A DNA stretch of 64,000 nt from assembly GCA_947259585.1 (NCBI GenBank), contig CAMYMV010000018.1, positions 15,415-79,414 on the forward strand, in the 5' to 3' direction. Below, one piece after another: positions 19,518-29,230 of the stretch. Position 1 is the stretch's first letter. Every line of letters begins with the position of its first letter. The notes beneath the pieces were generated by a model that saw only the letters and a list, made by a program, of their open reading frames with translations, searched no databases and was not told the DNA's origin. This DNA comes from an uncultured Gemmatimonadales bacterium. Its GTDB lineage: Bacteria > Gemmatimonadota > Gemmatimonadetes > Palauibacterales > Palauibacteraceae. A program made the translations under genes and the position numbers.

Positions 19518-20864
19518 CTAGCCCGTCCCCGTCGCCGCCGTCGCTGCCGCACGGCGAAGTCCGAGGTCCAGGATCTCGACCGGATGCGCCGCGCTCGCCC
19601 GTAAGCGCTCTCTCCGCAGTCCGGCCCCGATCTGCATCATACAGCCGGGATTCCCGGTCACCACGGTATCGTATTCTCCCTCTTCGATCTCGCGGAGCTT
19701 GGTCTCCAGGATCCTGCCCGAGAGCTCGGGGTGGACCAGGGCGTAGAGTCCGGCGCCTCCGCAGCAGCGGTCCGAGGACGGGAGGCTTTCGATCTCCAGA
19801 CCCCTCACCGCCGACAACGCCTCCAGGGGTGCTTCGTCATCTCGAAGACCGAAGGAGAGATGGCAGGGAGCGTCGTGGGCGACTGCCGCCTTCAGCTCCG
19901 CGTTCAGGCCGGAGCCGCGGGCCACGAGCCGGGTGACATCGCATGTCGCGGATGCCACGTGCTCCGCCCGCTCGCGCCACTCCTCGGAACCCGCCAGCCA
20001 ATCCGGATACTCCTTGATCGCGGCGCCGCACCCAGCCGCGTTGACCACGAACCAGTCCGCGCCCGATCGTTCGAAGGCCTCGATGTTGCGCCTCGCGAGA
20101 TGCCGTGCCCCATCAGCAAGCCCGGCGTGCGCATGAAGGGCGCCACAGCAGCCCTGGCCCGCCGCCGGGCGTTCCGAGTATCCGGAAGCTCCGAGAACCC
20201 GGCGTGTGGCATCATGTACCCGTCCGAAGAGCCCCTTCATGATGCACCCCTCGAGGAGGGCGTAGGCGGGAGACGGGTCCATCTCCTCGTCCGCCGCCGC
20301 GCGAGGCGAGAGCGGAGGCGAGGTCGAAGGCGACGTCGAATGCGATGTCGAGGATGAGGATGAGGTCGAGGGCGAGGCGGACCTAGAGCGAGGTGCGGTC
20401 GCCGCGAGCCAGGCCAGCGCATGGCCGATGCGGCCCGGCAGGCGAGCGCCCGCCACCGCCGCCCCCGAGCCCCGCAGCGCCCGGAGCACGGCGTAGGCGA
20501 CAGGTGACGTCCTGCCGGTGAAGGCGCCAATCAGCCACCTCGCTCCGCCGCCGCCCTCCCCGGCCGCGCGGTCCTCGCGGGCCCGCTCCAGGAGCGAGCC
20601 GAAGCGCACTCCGGCGGGGCAGGCGGGCTCGCACGCCCGGCAGCCCAGGCACCGGTCGATGTGATGGGTGAAGGCGCCACTGGTCGACAGGCGGCCTTCG
20701 ACGGCGAGCTTCATGAGATGGATTCGGCCCCGGGGCGAGTCGTTCTCGTCCCGGGTCGCCTGATAGGTCGGGCAGGCCGGGAGGCAGAGGCCGCAGTGAA
20801 CACAAGCGGCGAGATCGGACCGGCCGTCCAGCAGTCGCGCCGGGCGCGCGAGCGCTGCCGTCAC
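19518..20864 (-). CDS. glcF: Glycolate oxidase Fe-S subunit-like protein
   Basis: CVHCGLCLPACPTY, CLGCRACEPACP, two CCG domains. Confidence 0.85.
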   Translation of the reverse strand: MTAALARPARLLDGRSDLAACVHCGLCLPACPTYQATRDENDSPRGRIHLMKLAVEGRLSTSGAFTHHIDRCLGCRACEPACPAGVRFGSLLERAREDRAAGEGGGGARWLIGAFTGRTSPVAYAVLRALRGSGAAVAGARLPGRIGHALAWLAATAPRSRSASPSTSSSSSTSHSTSPSTSPPLSPRAAADEEMDPSPAYALLEGCIMKGLFGRVHDATRRVLGASGYSERPAAGQGCCGALHAHAGLADGARHLARRNIEAFERSGADWFVVNAAGCGAAIKEYPDWLAGSEEWRERAEHVASATCDVTRLVARGSGLNAELKAAVAHDAPCHLSFGLRDDEAPLEALSAVRGLEIESLPSSDRCCGGAGLYALVHPELSGRILETKLREIEEGEYDTVVTGNPGCMMQIGAGLRRERLRASAAHPVEILDLGLRRAAATAATGTG

Positions 20865-21439
20865 CCGGAAGATCCGCCGGCGCGGCTCGTCGAATCCTCG
20901 TCGGCGGCCACGCCATCGGCCTCGCCGTTGCCAACGGGACCCTCGGTCTCTTCCTCGACCGGCGGGTCAGATGCGCTCTGGTCGTGCACGATCCTCCAGC
21001 CCTCGTCGGTCCTCCAGAGGACGAGAGTAAACGGCCCGGAACCCGTGACCTCGCCCTCCCGGAAGAGCACGTAGCGGGCGGTCGCCACCGCATAGGCGTC
21101 TCCAAGGGGCCGGGCGGCTACCCGCTCGAAGCGAAGGCTGTCCCGCAACGCACCGGCCTGGAAGAGCGGAGCGTACCTGGCCCGGATCGCCTCCCAGCCC
21201 GCGACGTGGCCCGAGCTGCCGAGGTACGTCGTCGTGGGCGAGCGCAGATAGTCGTCCATGAAGCCCTCGAGGTCTCCGCGGTTCCACGCCTCGGCCGAGC
21301 GCTCGAGCATCCGAGCCACCTGCGTCTCGACACCCGGGATCGTGTCGGTCCCCGCCACGGGGGCCCCGCCCTCGATCCGGCACGCCGCAGGCGCCGATCC
21401 CAGCGCCGCCACCAGGAGGACGAAGCCCGACGCTTTCAT
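20861..21439 (-). CDS. DUF4440/SnoaL-like lipoprotein
   Basis: Signal peptide with Cys; AWNRGDLEGFMDDY, WRIVHDQS. Confidence 0.8.
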   Translation of the reverse strand: MKASGFVLLVAALGSAPAACRIEGGAPVAGTDTIPGVETQVARMLERSAEAWNRGDLEGFMDDYLRSPTTTYLGSSGHVAGWEAIRARYAPLFQAGALRDSLRFERVAARPLGDAYAVATARYVLFREGEVTGSGPFTLVLWRTDEGWRIVHDQSASDPPVEEETEGPVGNGEADGVAADEDSTSRAGGSSG

Positions 21440-21464
21440 GCGCCCCTCTCCGACAGACTTGCCG

Positions 21465-22028
21465 TCACGATCGTGGCCGCCACTCCGGATCCTCCACTCC
21501 AGCCTCGAGGTTCGCGGCGCGGGCGAGCATGAACAGCAGGTCCGAGAGCCGGTTCATGTACGGCAGGACGACATCGCCCAGCCGCGGCTGGTCTTCCAGC
21601 AGAGTGCTGATGGCGCGCTCGGCGCGCCGGCATACGGTCCGCGCCACTTGGAGTTGAGCGCCGACAGGCGAGCCGCCCGGAAGGAGGAACGCGTCCAGCG
21701 GGGGCAGGGAGCTGTCGAGCTCGTCGATCCAAGCCTCGAGCTCGCCGACTCTCTCCGCTCGGAGATCGGGGATCACCCCCTTCTCCAGTGCGCCTCCGGG
21801 GTCCGCCGCGGCCAACCGGGCGCCGATGATGAGAAGGTCCTCCTGCAGATGAAGCGCGCGCTCGGTGACGGGCACGTCTCCCTGACGCAGCGAGAGCGCC
21901 AGCCCCACGTGGCTGTTCAGCTCATCCACGGCGCCGTACGCGTCGACCCGGGGATCGTGCTTCGGCACCCGCACGCCGCCCAGCATCACGGTCGTTCCGG
22001 CGTCACCCTTCCGCGTATAGATCTTCAT
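21465..22028 (-). CDS. Cob(I)alamin adenosyltransferase, PduO type
   Basis: MKIYTRKGDAGTT, YGAVDELNS, RTVCRRAER, NRLSD. Confidence 0.93.
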   Translation of the reverse strand: MKIYTRKGDAGTTVMLGGVRVPKHDPRVDAYGAVDELNSHVGLALSLRQGDVPVTERALHLQEDLLIIGARLAAADPGGALEKGVIPDLRAERVGELEAWIDELDSSLPPLDAFLLPGGSPVGAQLQVARTVCRRAERAISTLLEDQPRLGDVVLPYMNRLSDLLFMLARAANLEAGVEDPEWRPRS

Positions 22029-22059
22029 CAGCACCCCGTAAGCAGCGACATGGGCCCAC

Positions 22060-22764
22060 CTACGGCCCGGACTCGAGAAGGACCCACGGCTCCACCGCGT
22101 ACAGGAGCCGAGCGCTGGATCGGTCACGCGGGGAGAGACGCGACTGCTCGCTGGTCGGGAACATCATGTCCCCCGCGTCCTCGCTGTGCCCGAGGCCGAC
22201 GAGGTGGCCGACCTCGTGGAGGGAGATCCGCCGAGCCAGGTGCCGGTCCACCGGCCGCCCGTCCCTGCGGAGTAGCGTCAGCGTCACGACCGCCGAGGCG
22301 ATCCAGCCGTTCTGGTCCGTCTCCCAGGCGGTGAGGCCGCTGTGCTCCGTCGACATCTGCGTCACCCACTTCACGACTACCTGGGCCGTGCCCCTGCCCG
22401 CCGCCTCCTGGAAGCGGAGCGAGACGCCCGGAATAGAGGTCCACGTCGAGAGCGCCTGATTCACCGCCCACCGATACCCGGTGCCGAAACGAACCGGATC
22501 ATCCGGAGACTCGAAATAGATGGTGACCGTCCGCGCGCTCCCGTCCTCCCCCGTGCGCCACCGCGGCAACACCCCACCCGATGGCGACTCCACCGGTACG
22601 AGGTACGTATCGGCCCCTGGGCCCAGGATCGACTCCGTGAGCCGGGTCAGGCCCGCCTCCTCGGCGGGTGAGGTATCCGCGCGGTCGTACGTCGTCTGGG
22701 CCCCGGCGGACACGGGCTGGAGAGTCGCGAACGCGACGATCGCGGAGAGCGAGTAGCGGTTCAT
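22060..22764 (-). CDS. Secreted matrixin-family (metzincin) metalloprotease
   Basis: Signal peptide; HEVGHLVGLGH plus Met-turn. Confidence 0.85.
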   Translation of the reverse strand: MNRYSLSAIVAFATLQPVSAGAQTTYDRADTSPAEEAGLTRLTESILGPGADTYLVPVESPSGGVLPRWRTGEDGSARTVTIYFESPDDPVRFGTGYRWAVNQALSTWTSIPGVSLRFQEAAGRGTAQVVVKWVTQMSTEHSGLTAWETDQNGWIASAVVTLTLLRRDGRPVDRHLARRISLHEVGHLVGLGHSEDAGDMMFPTSEQSRLSPRDRSSARLLYAVEPWVLLESGP

Positions 22765-22778
22765 TTGCCCAAAGGTAG

Positions 22779-25457
22779 TCAGACGTAGTCGGCTTGCCAG
22801 CATCGGTCCTGACCGCCCGCGGCGAGGATGACCCGCCCCTCCAGCGCGGCGAGGTGCGTCGGCCGGCGGCTCTGCGCCGCGCTGTGCTCCTCTGGTCCGC
22901 CGCGCTCGACGGCCACGCCAGCCCCGGCCGACGCATCGAGGATGCGTTCCAAGAGCGGGGACGCTTCACCCGGATCCCTGTCGTACCCGATTCTGAGGAC
23001 CCCGGCCCCCGGAAGCAGTTCGATACGCGACCTGTTTTCTCCGAGGAGCGGCGCGAGTCGCGCCGGCATCTCCCAGCAATCGGCCGCCGGCGCGGAGACG
23101 CGGAGCGCACATCGACGCACGTCGACGGTGGACCTCCGGCGAGTCGAGGGCGCTTCGCCTTCGAGCTCTGGATCGGGCCGAAGATCGAGCCCGAGCCCCT
23201 GGGCCAGCTTGGCGAGCTTCTCTCGGCGCGACTCGGCCGAGCGCTCGGAGCCCAGGAGCCAGAGGACGAGCTTCTCCTCGACCGCGCCGTCCGGGTACCG
23301 CTCTCGACTCCACCGCGCCCCATCCGGTACCGCCCTCTCCGCTTCGCCGTCTGCCAGCGACCGAGCCAGCTGCAACGCCCCCGGTCCCCGCGCCACGAGC
23401 CTGGAGAAGGCGGCAGGAAGCGGCCAGAGCCGGAAGGTGGCTTCGGTGATCACCCCAAGCCGGCCAAAGCTGCCGCAGTAGAGCCGTGTGAAGTCGTAGC
23501 CGGCGACGTTCTTCATCACAGGGCGGCCCCACCGCTGCGTGACTCCCTCGAGTGATACCGTGCGAATCTCGAGAAGCTGCCGACGCAGGGGTCCGAAGGT
23601 GCCATCGAACGGCCCGGGAGGCGCGGCGGCCACGAGGCCTCCGACCGTCAGCGCCAGAGATTCTCCCGCGAGCGGGACCCACTGCCCCTCGCGCCTCAGC
23701 TCGGCCAGTACCTCACCGACCCTCCTGGCGGCGCCGACGGTGACCGTCAGGTCATCCCGTCGGTGTTCCAGCGTGCCGTCGAGCGCGGCCGTCGACACGA
23801 GGGTCGCATGCTCCGGGATCGGCGGCGCCCCGTCACGGAGCCCCTCGGCGCCCGTCGCCAGCACGGCGGAACCGGCGTCTCGTGCGGCGATGGCCGCTTG
23901 CAGATCAGCCTGCGTCGCCGGGGCATGCCAGACGGGGGCGCCGCCAGCGTCCCGGCCCTCTTCCGCACGTTCTTCCGGGGCCGAGCCGCGTTCACGGAGC
24001 CCTTCGAGACGCCGATCCTCCGTGCCAGCAGGGGGAAGCACCTTACCGGGGTTGCACAGCCCGCGCGGGTCGACGGCATCCCGCACCGAGCGGAGCGTGC
24101 GGAGCTCCGTCGCCGCCAGGACGCGCGGCACGGACTTCAGCTTGTCGAGCCCGATTCCGTGCTCACCGGTAATCGTTCCGCCGGCTTCGATGCAGAGATC
24201 CAGGATCTCGAGCCGAGCGGCTTCGACTCGTTCGGCTTCATCGGGGTCGTCCACGTCGAAGACGATGTTCGGGTGCAGGTTCCCATCGCCGGCATGAAAG
24301 AAGTTGGCCAGACGGAGACCATGCCTCTCCCCGACGGCTTCGATCCGCGGAAGCAGCTCCGGAAGCATCGTGCGCGGAACGACCGTGTCCTCGACGAGAA
24401 CGTCCGGGCCCAACTGCCCGAGTGCGCCGAAGGCGCTCTTTCGGGCACGCCAGAGTCTCTCCCGCTCCGCTTTTGATGAGGCACTCGAGATCTCGCGGGG
24501 TGCCGCGATCCGGATCGCGGCGAGGGCGGCTGACATCTCCTCCTCGGCCTCCTCCGGCGTGCCCTCACACTCGACGACGAGTGCCGCGCCGAGGTCCGTC
24601 GGCAGGCCGACGGCGAACGGCGAACGCTCGACCGTGCGGATCGTCGTTCGGTCGATGATCTCGAGTGCGACCGGGACAACGCCGGCGGAGAGGATCTCGG
24701 TTACCGCCTGCCCGGCCTCTCCGACCCGGTCGAATAGTGCGAGCGACGTAAGGATGGCTTCCGGTCGGGGTGCGAGGCGTACCGTCACCGCCGTGGCGAA
24801 GCCGAGGGTGCCCTCCGATCCGATGAACAGCCCGCCGAGATCGGGTCCGCCGGACTCGCCGCGGTCCAACGCCAGAAGCTCGCCGTCCGGGAGGATCACC
24901 TCTAGGCGCAGCACGTGGTCGCTGGTCACCCCGTGCTTCAGGCAGTGCGGTCCGCCGGCGTTCGTCGCGACGTTGCCGCCGATCGTGCAGGCCGAGGCGG
25001 AGCCGGGGTCCGGCAGGTAGCGAAGCCCGAGCGGCGCCGCGCGTCGCGAGATCTCGTCCGTAAGGACGCCCGGTTCGACCACCGCCAGACGCTCGTCGGG
25101 GTCGATCCGCAGGAACCGGTCGAGCCGGCCGGTGCCGACGATCACCGCTCCCCGGGCGACCGCTCCACCGGTCAGTCCGGTGCCGGCTCCGCGCGGAACA
25201 AAGGGGATCTCCGCTTCGTACAGCATGCGTACCGCGAGTCGCAGCTCCTCGCGCGTGGCGGGGAGCGCGACGGCGAGCGGAGTCCCGCGGATGCGGGTGA
25301 GCGCGTCGGATTCGTAGGCGAGGAGACGATCGGCTTCACGGATTAGGCCGGCAGGTCCCAGAAGGCGGCCGAGGTCGGTTGCTAGAGCGCCTGGCAAGGC
25401 GCTTGCTCTCGAGCTCGGGCGGGACACGTCGAATGCGGTACGCACGGCCGATTTCAC
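22779..25457 (-). CDS. GlcD-GlcE fusion, FAD-linked oxidase
   Basis: N half: PRGAGTGLTGG, GGNVATNAGGPHCLKHG, HAGDGNLHP, GEHGIG; C half: VMKNVAGYD, GVITEATF; start approximate. Confidence 0.85.
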   Translation of the reverse strand: MKSAVRTAFDVSRPSSRASALPGALATDLGRLLGPAGLIREADRLLAYESDALTRIRGTPLAVALPATREELRLAVRMLYEAEIPFVPRGAGTGLTGGAVARGAVIVGTGRLDRFLRIDPDERLAVVEPGVLTDEISRRAAPLGLRYLPDPGSASACTIGGNVATNAGGPHCLKHGVTSDHVLRLEVILPDGELLALDRGESGGPDLGGLFIGSEGTLGFATAVTVRLAPRPEAILTSLALFDRVGEAGQAVTEILSAGVVPVALEIIDRTTIRTVERSPFAVGLPTDLGAALVVECEGTPEEAEEEMSAALAAIRIAAPREISSASSKAERERLWRARKSAFGALGQLGPDVLVEDTVVPRTMLPELLPRIEAVGERHGLRLANFFHAGDGNLHPNIVFDVDDPDEAERVEAARLEILDLCIEAGGTITGEHGIGLDKLKSVPRVLAATELRTLRSVRDAVDPRGLCNPGKVLPPAGTEDRRLEGLRERGSAPEERAEEGRDAGGAPVWHAPATQADLQAAIAARDAGSAVLATGAEGLRDGAPPIPEHATLVSTAALDGTLEHRRDDLTVTVGAARRVGEVLAELRREGQWVPLAGESLALTVGGLVAAAPPGPFDGTFGPLRRQLLEIRTVSLEGVTQRWGRPVMKNVAGYDFTRLYCGSFGRLGVITEATFRLWPLPAAFSRLVARGPGALQLARSLADGEAERAVPDGARWSRERYPDGAVEEKLVLWLLGSERSAESRREKLAKLAQGLGLDLRPDPELEGEAPSTRRRSTVDVRRCALRVSAPAADCWEMPARLAPLLGENRSRIELLPGAGVLRIGYDRDPGEASPLLERILDASAGAGVAVERGGPEEHSAAQSRRPTHLAALEGRVILAAGGQDRCWQADYV

Positions 25458-25550
25458 GGCGCCACATTAGGCAGCTTGCCGAGAGTGGGCAAGCGGCGGA
25501 TAGGCCCGTCATACGGGCTGATCCGGGGTGTCCGGTTCAGTCGCGCAGGC

Positions 25551-25579
25551 TTGACTATCGTGAGTGCCGCGTTTACGAT
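25551..25579 (+). promoter_or_regulatory. Sigma70 promoter of the tRNA cluster
   Basis: TTGACT-17 bp-TACGAT followed by a GC-rich discriminator. Confidence 0.7.
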
Positions 25580-25590
25580 GGGCGGATCGC

Positions 25591-25664
<74 letters not shown>

Positions 25665-25669
25665 TCATA

Positions 25670-25706
25670 GGCCCTGCCGCGCGTCGCGCCTGGCGGGGCG
25701 TTTTTT
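25670..25706 (+). terminator. Intrinsic terminator-like hairpin after tRNA-fMet
   Basis: GCCCTGCC...GGCGGGGC followed by T6. Confidence 0.55.
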
Positions 25707-25763
25707 ACGTGTCGGGCGATCTCGTTCGCGGCAGAGCCGCTGACGGGAGGGGCGCTTCGACAT

Positions 25764-25836
25764 TCCGGGGTAGCTCAGTGGCCAGAGCGGGTGGCTGTTA
25801 ACCACTAGGTCGTGGGTTCGAATCCCACCCCCGGAG
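25764..25836 (+). tRNA. tRNA-Asn (GTT)
   Basis: Cloverleaf, GTT anticodon. Confidence 0.95.
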
Positions 25837-25874
25837 CTGAGGCTGTCGATGCGATCGGCGGTATCGACGATGTC

Positions 25875-25947
25875 GGCTGGGTAGCTCAGTCGGTAGAGCA
25901 CCGCGCTGAAAACGCGGGTGTCGGCGGTTCGATTCCGCCCCCAGCCA
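25875..25947 (+). tRNA. tRNA-Phe (GAA)
   Basis: Cloverleaf, GAA anticodon. Confidence 0.95.
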
Positions 25948-25952
25948 TACGA

Positions 25953-26026
25953 AGGGGCGTAGCTCAACTTGGCAGAGCACCGGTCTCCAAAACCGGCGGT
26001 TGGGGGTTCGAGTCCCTCCGCCCCTG
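25953..26026 (+). tRNA. tRNA-Trp (CCA)
   Basis: Cloverleaf, CCA anticodon. Confidence 0.95.
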
Positions 26027-26046
26027 CTGCCTTCGTCGCGGAAGGT

Positions 26047-26118
<72 letters not shown>

Positions 26119-26138
26119 CTCTGCTTTCGGGCGGAGAC

Positions 26139-26212
26139 GCGCCCGTAGCTCAGGTGGATAGAGCATCGGCCTTCTAAGCCGAGGGTCGCAGGTTCGAGTC
26201 CTGCCGGGCGCA
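26139..26212 (+). tRNA. tRNA-Arg (TCT)
   Basis: Cloverleaf, TCT anticodon. Confidence 0.95.
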
Positions 26213-26245
26213 TGCGGGCCGGATCGAGCGGTCATGACACCGAAG

Positions 26246-26317
26246 GCCCCCATCGTCTAACGGCCAGGACACCACTCTTTCAAGGTGGAGATAGGGGTTC
26301 GATTCCCCTTGGGGGCG
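26246..26317 (+). tRNA. tRNA-Glu (TTC)
   Basis: Cloverleaf, TTC anticodon. Confidence 0.93.
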
Positions 26318-26339
26318 TCAAGGAGGAGATCCGCAGCAC

Positions 26340-26412
26340 GGGGCCGTAGCTCAGCTGGGAGAGCGCTGCAATGGCATTGCAGAGGTCGCGGGTTCGAGCC
26401 CCGCCGGCTCCA
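26340..26412 (+). tRNA. tRNA-Ala (GGC)
   Basis: G3:U70 pair, GGC anticodon. Confidence 0.95.
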
Positions 26413-26459
26413 CTGTTGACACCGCTGTAGCACGAGTTTGGAACCAGACAGCACCACGA

Positions 26460-26532
26460 GCGCCGCTAGCTCAATTGGCAGAGCAACGGACTCTTAATCC
26501 GTAGGTTCGGGGTTCGATTCCCTGGCGGCGCA
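26460..26532 (+). tRNA. tRNA-Lys (CTT), integration target
   Basis: Cloverleaf, CTT anticodon; 3' part duplicated at 36985. Confidence 0.95.
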
Positions 26533-26537
26533 TTTTT
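26490..26537 (+). repeat. att site copy 1 (within tRNA-Lys)
   Basis: ACTCTTAATCCGTAGGTTCGGGGTTCGATTCCCTGGCGGCGCATTTTT. Confidence 0.92.
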
Positions 26538-26579
26538 GTAACTAGTTATCCCGCCCCACACTCCAGCGTTGTTGTCGCC

Positions 26580-26592
26580 TTCCATTATGGAA
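26580..26592. promoter_or_regulatory. Palindrome TTCCAT-T-ATGGAA, copy 1
   Basis: Identical 13-mer at 28037-28049. Confidence 0.6.
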
Positions 26593-26634
26593 CAATCGTT
26601 CGGATGTACCGCGAACTGTACCACGTTCTCGGGC

Positions 26635-27792
26635 CTAGCGGACGGCACGGAGCCCGACCTTCTGCCCCTCTAGAAGCACCCGCTCCATCGCGTCCAGGTC
26701 GGCTTGTTGGTAAAGCTCCTGGAGTACCTGGGTGCCCTTCCAGCCACCGAGCGCCGCCACATCCTGCACGCTCAACTGCTTTCGCTTCGTCGCGAACGCA
26801 CGGCGCAGTGAGTGCCAGCCGAAGCCTCGGACGTGCGGGATCTTCGCGGCCCTCTCGACCTTTCGGAACCAGTGAGAGGCGAGGGATACGGTGACGTGAC
26901 CCTCACCGCCGGGCGCTGGGAAGATCCATCCCGTAGCGCCCCCGGTCTCGTGCCGGTGCGCTTCGAGCGCGTCCCGTACGGAAGGTGTGACGGGCGTCGC
27001 GGAAGTGCGGCCGAGCTTATCGAAGTCGGCGTGCCAGACCAGCGTTCCGAACTTCCCGGCCTCAGGGTTCCAGTCCTCCCACCGGAGCGAGACGATGGCG
27101 CCAATCCTACGGCCCGTCTCGGCGGCCTCCATGAGTTTCGCCAGCATGGCATCGCCGCAGACAGGCCGTGCGGGATCCTTCGTCGTTGGCAGGTCGAGGC
27201 CCGTGGTCGGATCAAACGGCACGAGCGGGCGGCCGTCGCGACGCACGCTGAGTGCGTGACGGCAGACGTGCCGGAGGGTCTTTAAGACCTTCGCGGCCGA
27301 GCGCGGGCCTACCTTCCTGCGCTTGCCTTCGGCAACCGTCCGCCCGTGCGCGTCAATCTCACCCGACATGATCGACCGCTGGAGCCAGGTCCAATCAGGG
27401 GAGCCGATGTCGGTGGCCTTCCTCGGCCCGAGCGTTCGGCGGAGTAGCTCGACGTGACGCTTGGTCTCGACCTCATGCTTCCCGGTCATGTCGGGTAACA
27501 CGTCCCGCTCGAATCGGGTAATCAGGTCGCGGAGCGTCGGCTCGCGTGCTGGCATCCCGTGGCCTTGGATGAGTCGGTTCGAGAGCTTCGCCGCCTCCGC
27601 CTTCGCCCGCTCCACGTGCTCAGGGATTAAGTTTCCGTCCGCGTCCCGTACACGGAAGCTGAGCGAGCGCCAGCACGTGCCCCTGATCTTCGGGTCACGG
27701 GCGCCGATGCGGACGTTGCCGCCCCGCGTCCGTTCCGCGACCATGACGGTCGCGCCCCTGGGGCCGATGCTGTGCTTCCATTTCTTGGGCAT
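26635..27792 (-). CDS. Tyrosine recombinase/integrase
   Basis: TGRR (R), DK (K), HSLRR (HxxR), GGW, LY (Tyr); start ATG 27792. Confidence 0.9.
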   Translation of the reverse strand: MPKKWKHSIGPRGATVMVAERTRGGNVRIGARDPKIRGTCWRSLSFRVRDADGNLIPEHVERAKAEAAKLSNRLIQGHGMPAREPTLRDLITRFERDVLPDMTGKHEVETKRHVELLRRTLGPRKATDIGSPDWTWLQRSIMSGEIDAHGRTVAEGKRRKVGPRSAAKVLKTLRHVCRHALSVRRDGRPLVPFDPTTGLDLPTTKDPARPVCGDAMLAKLMEAAETGRRIGAIVSLRWEDWNPEAGKFGTLVWHADFDKLGRTSATPVTPSVRDALEAHRHETGGATGWIFPAPGGEGHVTVSLASHWFRKVERAAKIPHVRGFGWHSLRRAFATKRKQLSVQDVAALGGWKGTQVLQELYQQADLDAMERVLLEGQKVGLRAVR

Positions 27793-28034
27793 CACTCCTC
27801 CTCGCTCAGCGTGACGAGTGCACGACGAATGCGATCGGCCGCCTCGGAGAGCAGGCCAGCCCGGTCCTCGAACGCGACGAGGATCAGCTTCGCCGTCTGC
27901 GGCGTCGCGCGGATTCTGCCGGCCGTGATGTCGTTGAGCAGCGCGTGCGAAAGATCGAGATCGCGCGCGAGCGAGCGCCGGCTTCCGGGCCACCTCCGCA
28001 TCGCGTTGAGTACCGCTCCCGTCAACTCATCCAC
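27792..28034 (-). CDS. Small helix-turn-helix protein (repressor/excisionase-like)
   Basis: SRRSLARDLDLSHALLNDITAGR HTH; stop overlaps the integrase start. Confidence 0.7.
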   Translation of the reverse strand: MDELTGAVLNAMRRWPGSRRSLARDLDLSHALLNDITAGRIRATPQTAKLILVAFEDRAGLLSEAADRIRRALVTLSEEE

Positions 28035-28036
28035 CT

Positions 28037-28069
28037 TTCCATTATGGAAGACGCCCAGCGCACAGTCAA
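28037..28069 (-). promoter_or_regulatory. Promoter of the HTH-integrase operon overlapped by palindrome copy 2
   Basis: TTGACT (28069-28064)-17 bp-CATAAT (28046-28041); TTCCATTATGGAA at 28037-28049. Confidence 0.65.
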
Positions 28070-28109
28070 CCGCTGAGTATGCGCTCAGCTAGATCGTCCA
28101 CCGCGCTCA

Positions 28110-28835
28110 GTGCCGGTGCGCCGGGCCGGCGCGGCAAGTCGGAGCGATCTCCGGGTGGTCGTTTCGACTGAGGGTGGTGGCGTTGATCCAGACGGATACG
28201 TAGTGGCTCTGGATTCTCTCCGCCAAGCGGGGGGTGTGGACGGGTCCGTGGTTTTCATTAAGGTCACTCCCGGCAGCCACGCGGCGATGTTGCTGGACTT
28301 GGCCGACGGTTGCGAGGTCCGTGGGGGCAATCTAAAGACCGTCGCGATAGCGGAAGGTAGCACCGCAGAAACACGATTCGATGTCGTTTGTGACCAGGAG
28401 CCTATCCTTCCACCAGTTCGACGCGAACCGCCACCGGCTGCAAGGGCGGAGCTTCCGACAACCGCAGATCCGGTCCCACCAAGCGTCATTCCGATAGGCT
28501 ACTTCGCTGCTGGCTACTGGATAGGCACACTTGAGCCGCCGGGTTTCGCCTCCTATCCGGTCCACTGGACGTTCTTTTCCAAACAGGAGCTAGGCGAAGT
28601 GGTTGGCGAAGCCACGTATGAATCCCCGTCGCCCTGCTCCTACGACCTGATTCTCGAGTTCGTCGGAGACGCGGAGTTGGTTGTCGCGCAACAACTGGTG
28701 ACCGGCGGCTGCGCCAACGGCACGCGAGTCATTTTGCGCCGCGACGAGGAGAAACTCTGGGCCTACTGGTTGAAGCCGGACGAGACCCCCTGGTTTGAGG
28801 CCGAACTTTCGCGAGTCTCGCCAAACAGACCTTGA
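28110..28835 (+). CDS. Hypothetical two-domain protein, probably N-terminally truncated
   Basis: T.G..DPDGY.V...C...T.F.V.C beta-domain, Pro linker, second Cys-containing domain; no signal peptide seen. Confidence 0.6.
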   Translation: MPVRRAGAASRSDLRVVVSTEGGGVDPDGYVVALDSLRQAGGVDGSVVFIKVTPGSHAAMLLDLADGCEVRGGNLKTVAIAEGSTAETRFDVVCDQEPILPPVRREPPPAARAELPTTADPVPPSVIPIGYFAAGYWIGTLEPPGFASYPVHWTFFSKQELGEVVGEATYESPSPCSYDLILEFVGDAELVVAQQLVTGGCANGTRVILRRDEEKLWAYWLKPDETPWFEAELSRVSPNRP

Positions 28836-28853
28836 GGTATCGCCCCCCTGACC

Positions 28854-28938
28854 TGTTACTCCAGTAACATCTCGGCCCCGCCACGCTCCTGATCATCCTC
28901 CGACCATACGCCACCGAATAAAGGTTCTCCTGACTTGC
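28854..28938 (+). repeat. Inter-cassette element R1
   Basis: TGTTAC-N4-GTAACA...CCACGCTCCTGATC...CTCCGACCATACGCC...GAATAAAGGTTCTCCTGACTTGC. Confidence 0.85.
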
Positions 28939-29230
28939 ATGGCGGCTGATGCCGGGTTGATCGTGGACGGATCAAGATTGAAAGCGGGCGCTCGCCTGCT
29001 CTCTGAGGTGGTGCGATGCTATCGGCGTTGGGCAAACGCCTGGACACCTCGACTGGCCGGACACTTCGACCAGCCCTCCTCATAGCTCATCCCCGATCCA
29101 CCACTGAGACCAAGAATCCATATCGACGGCCAGGCTCCCCTGCGAGCCGCCCTGTCGTAGCTATAGATCCTCAGCGGTAAACCAAGAGATCGGAGCGTCG
29201 GGTCCGATGGACGCTCCGCAGACGAAATAA

